A DNA stretch of 64,000 nt from Mobula hypostoma. Lineage: Eukaryota. Shown here piece by piece: positions 35,801 through 47,264 of this stretch. The first letter of the stretch is position 1. Every line of letters starts with the position of its first letter. The DNA lies in contig NC_086115.1 in the NCBI RefSeq assembly GCF_963921235.1, positions 39,804,001 to 39,868,000 of the forward strand. The letters run 5' to 3'. The position numbers were made by a program, and so were the translations under genes. The notes under the pieces were generated by a model that was not told the origin of the DNA, searched no databases, and was given only the letters and a program-made list of their open reading frames with translations.

Positions 35801-36849
35801 TGGTGGGTCTACACATTGCAATGGAAATCCTCAACGCTGACCAACAAACTAATGCATGTGCTTTATCTATAAATATAATGCATTACTTCTCATTGCTAAG
35901 AATTGTGCACCCCTTCCCACACAAATCATGAGAAGTGTCAGTTGAAACAGTTAACATTTGGACATAGCAAAGTCCCAAGCAGGAGTAATGTAAACTAGAG
36001 CATTTTCTAAAGTATGCATAATCCAGATTTAACTCATGTACACGCAAATGGTGAAAGCACTGAAAAATCCTTTCTTCAGCTTCTAGAGGCAATGACTGGA
36101 TCCTTTACTGTGATCATATTTAAGGTTTGTTTCCCCCAGCTGAACTGTGAACATAGTCAGCCAAATATTTCAGCCTCCAAGTGATGCATTGTTCTCAGGT
36201 GCAAGCAGTCATCACAGTAATAACCTCAAAGTGCCAATGCTTTGCTCTCTAACGAAAACTGTACACCAGCTTCATGAAAATATCCATATATTCTTGTGAA
36301 GAAATTAAAATCACACAAAAAGTGATGCAAATAATATTTTGTTCAGTTAGTAAAAGTAGCTGAGCTACCAAAGTATATTTGTAATATCTTTTATAATTAA
36401 GGACATTTTTCATCATAAATACAATTACTAATACAACCATTACTATTATTACCTTCTATTTGTTGATTTTTTTCCCAAAAAAAATGTTGCTGGTGAGTTC
36501 ACCTTGGAACCCCATCAGGAGAAGTTAATCTTGTTGAACTTCTTTTAAAATAAGTCAAAAAATCAGGGTGACACAGCAATTTTGTCATCTCAGTTGTCTA
36601 CACTAATAAACTCCTTCCTGTTGTCTGAGTCGTGGACATTGATTGGTCAATTCCCTTGCTGATCTATCAAAAATAGATTGAGATCAATTAACTGAAACAA
36701 TGCTAAGTCAATAGTATTTCTCTGTTAGCTATCCTTATTGTGTTAATACTGGCCCTTTGTCTTTAAGGAAGTGTGAGTGGGGACTGTTTGTCATATTTGA
36801 CAAGTATTTTGATAGGATTGCTTATACCAAGCCATTATTTTTCAACCTC

Positions 36850-37300
36850 TTTTGTTTCTGATGGTGTAATATTTCCACTTAATCTCCAGCTCATAGCTTG
36901 GTCTCCCAGAGCCGTGTACTAATATGTTTAGAGAAAGAAGGATTATTATTCCTGTGCACCTGTCAATTACATCTGCATCATGCTGACCTCAGAATGACAC
37001 TCCTTCCAGTGCTATCTTCTCCACTCGTTTCCATTTGGTGCCTATTGTGGTAGTGCACTTGATCTATGATTGTATCTCGAGAGTCTATTATGGGTTGTTG
37101 TGTTTTACACCATTCTGTCATGTTTATAGTAAGCTAAAGGCCACCAGATAACCCTCGCTGTGAAGACCTGGTCAGTCATGCAACACTTTACTAGGATAAT
37201 GAACAGCGAGCAGAACCCTGTCCTTCTAAACAATTGGAATAATCAGCATCCAGTCCAGTGGTACACCAGACTCCTGAAATTAACTGCAGCTTATATTTGT
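36850..37300 (-). pseudogene. Possible very old RTE-like RT relic
   Basis: Minus-strand peptides 'GVPLDWMLIIPIV*KDR' and 'TDQVFTAR' resemble RTE RT motifs in the right order; otherwise unalignable by eye. Confidence 0.4.
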
Positions 37301-37424
37301 CAATGATTAGTGTCTCCAAAGTTCATAATTCCCTGAATGGGGTGGGTTCATACTGGTCACAAACTGTTGCTGGAACTAACTCTCTGGTTCCCTACACTGC
37401 GACATTTCTTGCTGTGCAGAAACT

Positions 37425-37640
37425 ACTCTCTCCATGGCATTATGGGGGCTGTAAGAAATGAGCCATCAGGGTGCTGAGCAAGTGTCCTGATGGCTGTGGA
37501 TCAAAAGGTGTGACCCGTGGACCAGTGCTGCTGGGACACAAGCCAGAACCCGGGTTGGGTCACCTGGGCAAGAGTGCCTGATGTTGAAACACCCGATGTC
37601 CCCAGGTTACATCACTGATGATGTGTCCCAGCACAACCTA
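37425..37640 (+). mobile_element. Hero-like (REL endonuclease) non-LTR element, 3' fragment
   Basis: Homologous to the reverse complement of 61551-61790 ('gatggctgtggat', 'gctgctgggacacaagccag', 'ctgatgttgaaa', 'gttacatcactga..atgtgtcccagcaca'). Confidence 0.8.
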
Positions 37641-38379
37641 AGATGAATCTCAGCATTATAATAAGTATAGTATAGTGGAGTGTAATATATTTGCTGGTCC
37701 ATCATCATTTCAAAAACTTGGAGTTGTTGGGACAGGTACTTTCTGTGTGTTTGACTGTCTATCAGGTAATTTTGAATATTCGAATGATTTGAACAAAGTG
37801 CATGGCATCTTGCTGACATAATGCTAATTCCAGATTGCTTCTAATGTTCTATGAACTGGGTTTGAGAGCTTTCACAGTCCAATCTAATATGGATTGGTAA
37901 GGTTTGCAGACATACAGCTGGGCTGAGTCAACACTCTGCTAATTAGTATCATTGGTAATTTTAAGGAAACTGTTAGTTTCAGGAAAAATGGACATATTAT
38001 CAATAGAATGGGGTGTCACAAAACTTTTTGCGCTTAGAATTCCTGCCTCTTGACTATCAAAAAATGGGAAAAAATATATAATTTTACTATCAGAAAAAGT
38101 AACTCATGTTGCAGTTTATATTTTAAGTTTTAGCAAATTAAAGACCAAGAAACAAAGAAACTGAGGAATGCTACCATTGACGTAGATACTGTATGTGTGG
38201 CACAGGAACAACCTGTGGAAGTCCAGCTACCAGAGTTGCACAGCTCCATCTCATGTTTCAAAGTACTTTACATGAGTTAATTATTTTGACATCCAAGTAC
38301 TATTGTTCCTTCGGGAGAAACCATAATATTTTAAGCTCAGCTTAAAGAGATAGAGGACAAATGAACAGTGCGAGCACAA

Positions 38380-39190
38380 CAATTTGAGTCTCAACGTGGG
38401 CAAGATCTAAAAAACTGATTCCGTACTTTAGGAAGACATAGGCTGGCCACTCTTCAGTGAGCATACACTGCTCCTCCATGGAGAGAGTTAGGAGCATCAA
38501 GTTTCTATAAGTGCACATGACAGATGATCTCACCTGGTCTCTCAACATCACCTCTTTGGTCAAGAAAGCACAGCAGTACCTTCATTTCCTGAGGAGATTG
38601 AGCTGCCCTTCCACCCCACCCATTTTAAGCAATCTTTTACAGGAGCACTATGGAGAGTATTCTGATCAGTTGCTTTACCATCTGATACAGGAATTGCAAG
38701 GCATTTGACCGCAAGTCCCTACAAAGTATTGTGAGGACGGCTGAGAGGATCAGTGGTGTAGCTCTTCCACCCACCCATATTTATCAGGAATGCTGCCACA
38801 TGGAGAGCCTTTAGCATTGTCAATGATCCCTCCCATCTGGCCAACAGTCTCTTTGACCACGCCCTCCCCCCAACTATCAGGAAGGAGGTACAGTAGCATT
38901 AGGATGGGAAACAGCTTCTTTCCCCCAGGCCGTAAGACTACTGAACTCCCTGCCACAGCTCAGGTCTCATCATATACAAAGTTGCCAGTAGTGTTATACA
39001 GTTTACTTTTTAACGTAAAATATATGGATCTTATTATTTGTTAATTTATTTGTGGTAGTATTACTTTGTGTGTTAAGTGTGTGAGTTATGTGTACTGTGT
39101 TCAGCACCTTGGTCCAGAGAAACATCGCTTCATTTGGTGGTCTACGTGTGGACAGTTGAGTAAAGAATAAACTGAACATGGATTTGAACT
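38380..39190 (+). mobile_element. Rex1/Babar-like LINE 3' fragment
   Basis: 'ERVRSIKFL*VHMTDDLTWSLNITSLVKKAQQYLHFLRRL', 'LSGRRYSSI', tail 'aataaactgaacatggatttgaact'. Confidence 0.9.
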
Positions 39191-40644
39191 TAATCCACTT
39201 GCGTTGGGAGAAATGTTAGCCAGGGATACAAAAGAACTCAATGCAATCCCTTAAAAGAGTTCAATATCTTTATGAACAGAGAGTGAGAAGCCTTACTTTG
39301 ATGCCAATATCGCCAACAATGCAACATCCTATCAATACTGCACTGAAATGGACTTTGAATAATTAACCTTCCAATGAGGATGTTATGAAGATCATCAAAG
39401 TTCTAACTGATTTGTATGTATTACAACAATTTTCTCTTTTCTGAGTTGTGCTCGCTTTTGATGCATCCCAGGGTTAAATGCTCCTTCCCATAGTTGAGGA
39501 AGTGCATGTTTGCAGTTGACTGGATAATTAACCAATAGAAGGAAATGAAAGGCTGGAATACTGCCTCTGTCTGTTACTAACCCGATGCATGTCGTTGCTA
39601 AGCTTACTGTCGACGACTTGCTTTCAGAGACTCCTGAAGAAGTTGGCACAACATTGTGGGCTGAAGAGCCTGTGCCTGTGCTTTATTGTCCTACAAGTCC
39701 TGGTTTTGGGAAGGGTGAGCAGGGAAAAACAATGACAGGAAGTGAGTTGGTTCATTTTGGGTTGGCTGAACTTATGTTTCCCCAAACAAGCTTTTAAGAG
39801 CGATTCTTCTATTCTGTTGGCAAACTACTACTTACTGAGGAATCATCCCAAGTGAACCCAAGCAGACCAAGTTGGAACCTCCTCCATAGCAGTGTCCCAA
39901 TTGGAAGAAGATCCTAAGAAGGTCATTGTTTGTTGTTAAAAAGAAAATTACAAGTGAACAAACAGATTCTAAAAGAGGTCCATGTGCTTCTGTGTTGTGC
40001 ACAATTTATCTATTGCAACAAGTATCAACAAAATTAAGTTTTAAAGGAATCTGCTTCATTGAACAGTCAATAGATAAATATGGGCACAATCTCTGGTATC
40101 TGCTTAGATTGTCATGGAAACATTGGAATAAGACTCACTGGCTGAGATAAGGGATAAAAACATGCATTTGATTGCCAATAAGCACTATCACTTGTGCTTC
40201 ATGCCATTCTCCAATGAAGTGTAATCATAAAATATTACTTTACAGCATATGGGAAATAGAAGCAGGCTATGCCAGGCAATGGGATTATTGTGGATCCTGA
40301 ACCTTGCCCACATTCTCTTGCATTGTTCTGTCAATCTCCACTCTGAATAAGCTCAGTAGTCAAGTAACCACAGACATCTGGACAAAAAAAATGTTGGTAC
40401 AAACATCCTGTAGGATTCCTTGAAGTACTCTATTCTGTATGTAAATTATGACCACTTATTTACAAAAATCTATCATGAAAAGATTTAATACACAAATCCC
40501 ATAGGAGAGTTTGGTCACTGAGTTCTGAGAAGCGGTCATAAAGCTAATTATATGCTCATTGCAATCAGATTAAAAGTGAATATGATCCAAGTTTTAAATT
40601 TAATGGAAGTTATAAATAATGTAGATGTAATAATTGTGCATAAC

Positions 40645-41165
40645 TAAGGAACAATGGTGTTGTCATCCCACAGCTCTAGAAGCCGAAGTTTAGTTCTGAC
40701 TCCAGTCCTTTCTGTATGGAGTTTGCAGATTCTCCCTTTGACCAGGTGAATTGATGTTGGGTGATCTGCTTTTCTCCCAAATCCCGGTGATACACTAGAT
40801 GTAAAGATAATTGGTAAGTTACCTGTGATATAGGTGCCTGGTGAGTGATTCAGGTTGAGGGTGATACTGTTAACAGGCATGTCTGAAAGAATAGGTTTAT
40901 TTATTTATTTATTTATTTAGAGATCAGCACAAGGCAGGCCCTTTCAGCCCAGCAACCCACCTATAGCTAGTCAGGGGCCAATTTACAATGACCAATTAAC
41001 CTACCAACAGGTGCATCTTTGGACTGTGGGAGGAAACCAGAGCACCCAGAGGAAACCTACGCGGCCACAGCGAGAACGTACAAACTTCTTATAGGCAATG
41101 ATGGGAATTGAATCCAGATTGCTGGTACTGTAAAGTGTTGTGCCAACCACTATGCTACCGTGACA
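40645..41165. mobile_element. Two V-SINE-like SINEs abutting tail-to-tail (+ ~40645-40895; - ~40897-41165)
   Basis: 'ggagtttgcagattctccct' on plus; (ttta)n tail, 'tctttggactgtgggaggaaaccagagcaccc' and 'gggaattgaatcc..aaccactatgctaccg' on minus. Confidence 0.75.
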
Positions 41166-43100
41166 CCCTAATGTTTGTAGCACTTCACTTTATCCCTATA
41201 GGATCCGACCACCTGATGGAGAACTTTGACAGCGTGTGTTGGTCACAGCGTTTTCTCACAAACCTCCTGATTCCAGCCTTTCCAACTTCACACTCCCTAT
41301 ACTCTCTCCCACTTCTCTCTGATATCTCTGATGTCTTTCTCTGTGGTGTGTCTCCTCTCATCCTGGGAAACCTGTACAAAAAAACTGTGAAGGCACAAGG
41401 CCAACCCTGCCTGAAGGTTAGCCTGGAGCATCAAAACCCCAAAGTATTCCCAGGATTTCCTGTGTGTTGCAGAGCTGACATCAGAGCGATTCTTATCTTA
41501 GGCTGAACTTAATTTACCATAGCAACACCCTGCGGGTGATCCTCATCACCAAAAGCATTCAGCATGCAAAGGAAATTTGAGATGTTTTTAATGAAAATAT
41601 CAAAATTCCCTGTAGTTGCTATTTCTCCTTGCAAAGTAAATCCATAATTTGAAGAAAAATTTCCCCAGACCTTCCTTAATTGAGAAGTAAGTTCATTGCA
41701 CTTAGAATTGCTGAATTGTGGAAGACACTGCTAATTAGTGTAGTGAATTTTGACTCTTCAAAATGGGAAGTTGGATAAATTCCTGATTTATCACAAAAAT
41801 TAAGCAGAGGGCTAGTATTACTAAAAGTCAGGGAGGGAACACAGGAGGCTTTTTTTGATGTTGAGAACCCTCCAAGAACAGATTTCTCTCAGATTTGGTT
41901 GAATGTTTGTGTCTAAATAAATTAAGGTGTTATATAACTATTAATTGCATGGATATTTAGTATCACATCACAGTTTTATACTGAGAAATGGAAGACAGTG
42001 ATCCAGAGGCCTCGGGTGAAACAAATGGAGTGGTAATTGGTGGAATAGTGGGAATGGGGGAAGGCAGTGGTCAGGCCAGCCTCAGAGGGGAGGGTGGTAA
42101 AGTCAAGATGGAAGGGATGGATTGAAATGGGTTTGTCAGGAAGACTGGAAGTGTGAATCAGGGTGTTCTAGTTGAAAACAGAACTTTATGGAAGGAGTAT
42201 CGAAAGGGTCGATAGGGAATCGGCAGGGGGCAAATCCGGAAAGGCTGGAGGATACTTTAGGAGAGTTGAGGAGGTTGTCAAATTGCAAAATCCATGTAAA
42301 GCAAGTAAGCTGAATTCAAAGTGTATATGGAAAACAACACCCCCAGGATCTAGTAGCACTCTGCTCTTTTAATATTAGTTAATTCCAAGACTCAAAGGCC
42401 TAGTTTAATAGGTCAATGATCAATACCCTCTCTAGAAGCTGATTAATTGCCTGCCTTGAAGCACACCTCTGTTAAAACTGAAATTTGGGGCATTCCAGCT
42501 AGATTTTTTAGATTTTCTCAACCCATCCTTTGTATCGGTAAATACTGCGCAGGATGGAGGAATTGTATATTTGATCTTGAACAACTTAAATGAGGAAGCG
42601 AGCTGAATACATATTAATGTGTTTTTTCCCCTCTCAAGGAGTTTCTAGACTTGGCTTCTCATTTTTTTCCTATTTCTGATAGCTGCTGGCATATGCATCA
42701 GCATGTATCCACCTGGCATTCTTGCAAATCTGTTGAGAGCCTTTAATTATGTACTGCTTTTATACATCCTGACTGAATGGAAACTGTTACTAACGCTGAA
42801 CGCTGAAAAAACAAGGTGGAAGATATCATAGCCAGATGCATCCACAGCAGCATTCCTCACTTCCACAGGTTTGAAGCTTAATCCCCACTCTTCACATGAA
42901 AATAAACATAAGGATGATAAAAATGTATTTTTAGCTGCTGTTAATTGTCACGAAGAGCATTCACTGGAACTGCTGTGAAAATAGACTTTCCATGTTGTGC
43001 TTTAATCCATCTGTCAGTAGAGAAATGTGAAAGTGTTTAAATATCCTTTGTGAAATGTTGAAATTTTGTATCTTGTAATATTGCATATTCATAACATATA

Positions 43101-43625
43101 CAGTATTGTGCAAAAGTCTTAGGCACATATATATAGCTAGAGTGCCAAAGACTTTTACACAGTACTGTACTTGTCAATGTGGAGCAGACAGTGAGTTTGT
43201 AAATCAGGTTGGGAATGGCGAGTGTAGAGTGCCACAGAATGGATGTGGAATCAGATGATAGAGAAGGAGAAGGAGTGTCGGCGAGGGAGGTGGAGGTTGG
43301 TGCAGACACCCAAAACACCAGGCAAGGTAATTTGATTCCAAACAATTGGTTATTAATCATTAAGAAATGTCTTTCTATTGCTTCCCACTCCCCTCCCTCT
43401 CCCTTTTCTTTTTCCCAACCATGATTCCCTTCTCCCTGCCCCTTTCCCACTCGCAGTCCACAACAGAGACCCATAATCAGAATCAGGTTTATCATCACTC
43501 ACATATGTCATTTTTTTTACAGCAGCAGTACAATGCAATACATAAAATTACTATCGTACTATGCAAAGGTCTTGGACACCCTAGCTATATATACTGTATG
43601 TGCCTAAGACTTTTGCAGAGTACTG
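43101..43625. mobile_element. Tc1/mariner-type MITE with hairpin (double-TIR) ends, TA TSD
   Basis: TA|cagtattgtgcaaaagtcttaggcaca ... tgtgcctaagacttttgcagagtactg|TA; each end is itself a ~70-bp TIR palindrome (43101-43167; ~43553-43625). Confidence 0.85.
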
Positions 43626-43937
43626 TATATGTACCAGTATTTATTATTGTTAAAATTAGATTACAGTCAAGCAATGTTTAAACATCTAGTATTTTCATAT
43701 ATCTTTTAAAACAAAGTTAATTTGCATTAGATCACAATGTCATTAGCCCCAACCAGCATCTCATCTCAAGCATTAGTCATTAGTTTCATTTGGCCTTAAC
43801 TTCAAAAGCCAATTAAAATGCTCACCAATGCAGATTTGGTGTTTCTTTCTAAGTCTTTTATATTTTTAAGTGCTTCGTATTCTCACAAGAAATATAGTTT
43901 AACTGTAATCTTTATGCTGAATTTATTTGATCAATTC

Positions 43938-44285
43938 ATTATCAGGTTTATTATCACTGATGTATTTTGTGAAATTTCTTCCACAGCAGTAGAGTGCAAT
44001 ACATTAAAAATTGCTATAAGTTACAATAAGAAGTATTTTAAAAACCTGTGGTGTTACAAAAGAGAGCAGAACTGAAGTCGTGTTCATGGGTTCATGTTCT
44101 GTTCAGAAATCTGATGGGGGAGAGGAAGGAACTTTTCCTAAAATTGTGAGTCTGTGTCTGCAGGCTCCTGTTCCTCCTCCCTGATGGTAGTAATAGGAAG
44201 AGGGCATATCCTGGATGAGACGGTCTGTAATGACGGATATTGCCTTCGTGAGGTGTTACCACTTGAAGATGTCCTTGACGGTGTT
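43938..44285 (-). mobile_element. Rex1-like LINE 3' fragment
   Basis: 'cagaaatctgatgg..ggaaggaactttt..caggctcctgttcctcctccctgatgg' is the reverse complement of the PSGRR.RS / RNSF motif; tail 'atcaggtttattatcactga'. Confidence 0.8.
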
Positions 44286-44359
44286 AAATTTTTGATGGTG
44301 TCCTCGAGGGTTACATTGTTGTAAGTGGTAAAGAGTTGTACATACAGATCCAGTAGTTC

Positions 44360-44865
44360 CTTAAGGTTGTCACAGCCCGAGAGGTAGTAGGGATAAGCTT
44401 CAACGACCTATCAAATGCCGAAACCAATGGACTCTGACAACGAAGTCCACATGTGGCTTAACTACTAAGCCTGGTGGAATCATTTCTATTGACAGGGAAA
44501 GGGGCAAAGGCAGGTTTCTGGCACCCTAAAACAAGCAAGATGGGGCTCATCAGCTGCGGATGGCACGTCTTCTAGGAGAAAGAAAACTCTGTTCTCAAAC
44601 TCCTGCTGCCTTGTGGCTATACCCACTCATGGGGAATGCTTCAGGAGTAAACCCCAAGGAAAAGTCCAGAATTGGAGTCCCTAAGGCAGTCCAAACTGTA
44701 CCGGTCTCTGCCATTCCTTTAGATTTATCAGCTGCCTGGAGAGGAGGAGCTATGACTTGAGCAACAGCTTGCTCTGCACGTCGTACTGCCCTGGTTTCTG
44801 TACCAGCTTGCATATCACGTAGCCGGCAATATTCGTGGTTGACCCTGACCAACAGAGGACCTCAG
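44360..44865 (+). mobile_element. Probable RTE-related non-autonomous retroposon
   Basis: GC-richer island with 'ctaggagaaagaaaactctg..tcaaac' (RTE 5' UTR-like) and a 3' 'gtggttgaccctgaccaacagaggacct' end; family assignment from memory only. Confidence 0.45.
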
Positions 44866-45029
44866 AAGAAAAGATCCAGTTGGCACCTGGTATCTCAACA
44901 TGAAAGATAATATTTAAATACGTCTTACTCAATAAATAGTTTCACAAATTTGCAAGTTTTTATATTACAGAAACATTTCTTCATAAACTGGATACAATGG
45001 CAGTCAAAATAATTCCAGATTGAGTCATT

Positions 45030-45690
45030 GGTGAAGGAGATGAATGCAATGTTGGCATTCATTTCTGGAGGTATTGAATATAAGAGCAGGAATGTGATGT
45101 TGAGGATCTATAAGGCACTCGTGAGACCATACTTGGAGTATTGTGTGCAGTTTTGGACTCCTTATTTTAGGAGGGATATACTAACATTGGAAAGGGTTCA
45201 GTGAAGATTCTCAAGAATGATTCCATGAAAAAAGGGTTACTGTATGAGGAACGTCTGGCAGCTCTTGGGCTGTATTCCCTGGAGTTCAAGAGAATGAGGG
45301 AAATTTCATAGAAACATTCTGAATATTAAAAGGCCTGAACAGATTAGATATGGCAAAGTTATTTCCCATGGTAGGGGAGTCTCGGACTAGAGGGCACGAC
45401 TTCAGGATTGAAGGACGTCCATTTAGAACGGAGATGCGGAGAAATTACTTTAGTCAGAGGGTGGTAAGCCTGTAGAAATTGTTGCCATGAGTGGCTGTGG
45501 AGGCCAAGTCATTGGGTATATTTAAGGCAGAGATAGAAAGGTTCTCAATTAGCCAGGGCATCAAAGGGTATGAGCAGAAGGCAGGGGAGTGGGGATGACG
45601 GGAAGAATTGGATCAGCCCATGATTGAGTGGTGCAGACTCAACGGGCTGAATGGCCTACTTCTGCTCCTATATCTTATGGTCTTATGGTC
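45030..45690 (+). mobile_element. CR1 LINE 3' fragment
   Basis: 'YKALVRPYLEYCVQFWTPY' in translation; tail 'aatggcctacttctgctcctatatcttatggtcttatggt'. Confidence 0.92.
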
Positions 45691-46101
45691 AGTTCTATAC
45701 CATATTAATAGGCTTTAAGAGTTAAAACATAACCTTATTTTGTTCACTGTAATGAATCAGATCAAACAGATTACCACTATTTTCAATACTGGAAAACAAA
45801 TCGTAAATCCCATTATATGTAGACGTTGAAGCAATTTGTGTTCTCCCAACCCTTCCATCCCTGCATCCATCATAATCTCTTTTGCCAAGCTTTTTAGTCA
45901 AAAGTAGAAATATCTTAGTTTGCAAGGCATCTCTACGGAGGCCAGTCAGTTCGAGATACAGTATGAAGTCTTTGCACTTCCACCTGCTTGATATAGGAAG
46001 AGAGACTATTTCTTAAAAAGTTTTCTACGCAACCTGACTTCTTAACCAGGAAGCAATGAATGTTACCGACTGAAGATTAAACTCTATTTGTGCATCCTGT
46101 T

Positions 46102-46144
46102 TCCAGCAAACACGCAGTGTTTATAATCCAGCAAACACGCAGTG
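46102..46144. repeat. 18-bp perfect direct repeat with 7-nt spacer
   Basis: tccagcaaacacgcagtg-tttataa-tccagcaaacacgcagtg. Confidence 0.9.
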
Positions 46145-46884
46145 CTGAAGTTCAGAATGCCCTTGATGAGGTTATGGCACAAAGGAATTAGCACAAAGAA
46201 TCTAGATTAGTTTCTTGCATACTTTAGGATTAATTCTCTGCTGATAAAGAGAAGAAATTTAATGATGAGTTTTAACTTATAGTATCTTAAATAATATTGC
46301 AGATTTCATAAATTTCTTTTTGTGACTGACAGAAGCATAAATCATAAAATCCACCTCTGTGGGTTGAATTGTGTGGAGATTCAGGCCTTTAACATGTCAA
46401 GAACCCATGTCAGTTTAGATCTATTTGAGTTGAGAAGTAAATTCTTCCAGCTGCCAATGAATTTCCACAGGTCTCAATGTAATCACTAGTGGGCGTTAGC
46501 CCAAAATTTAAAGGTGACATTAACATATAAAATTTGCAGCTCAGTCAAGAAGACTAAAACAGGAACAATAGAAGACTTCAAAGTGCAGAGACCGGGTTCG
46601 CAGAAATAGCCCCTTGTACAGCTTAGGTGCCAAATTTAGAAAGCAAGTGGAGCCTACTGGCATTTTGTGTGGAGATTGACATCACTTGGGTTAATAGTCA
46701 ATAAAAAAGTTAGGTTTATGCAGAGCGCCCATTGTTGGAATGGATCAGAATTACTGTGTGGAACTGAGGCTTTGGCAAGAAGGCTAGGCTGAGGTTTCTG
46801 CCAGGTTTTCTTTTGTTGTCCATTACTGCCTAGCTAGAAGAGTGAGAATAGATCCCAGGTCGGTGGTATGCTCCTCCTGCAAGA

Positions 46885-47260
46885 GAAGGATGCAAGGTAA
46901 CTTGATAGAAATGTATAAGATGTATAAATGTATAAGATAATGATAGCCAGAGACAACTTCCCAGGGTGGAAATGGCTGAGACAAAAGGGTATAATTTTAA
47001 AGTGATTGGAGGACAGTACTGTGGAATATCAGTAGAAAGTTCTTTCTCAGAGAGTGATGGATGTGTGGAATGCCCAGCCAGGAATAGTGGTAGAGGTGAA
47101 TACATTAGTGACATTTAAGAAACTCTTTGATAAGCCCATGGATGATAGAGAAATAGAGGCTTATATAGGAAGGAAAAGTCAAATTGATCTTAGAGTTGGT
47201 TAAAAGGTCAGTACAAAATTATGGATCAAAGGGCCCATATTGTGCTCTAATGTTCTATGT
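46885..47260 (+). mobile_element. CR1 LINE 3' fragment
   Basis: 'aacttgatagaaatgtataagat..' and tail 'aaagggcccatattgtgctctaatgttctatgt'. Confidence 0.8.
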
Positions 47261-47264
47261 GGGA

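Noticed and set aside
42010-42300. Purine-rich tract possibly from an old PLE or L2 (also the pyrimidine-rich tract at 7040-7520)
   Set aside because: Too decayed to assign by eye; no diagnostic motif I can defend.
46102-46144. 18-bp direct repeat as a recombination site or CRISPR-like unit
   Set aside because: Only two copies with a 7-nt spacer; most simply a local duplication or repair scar.
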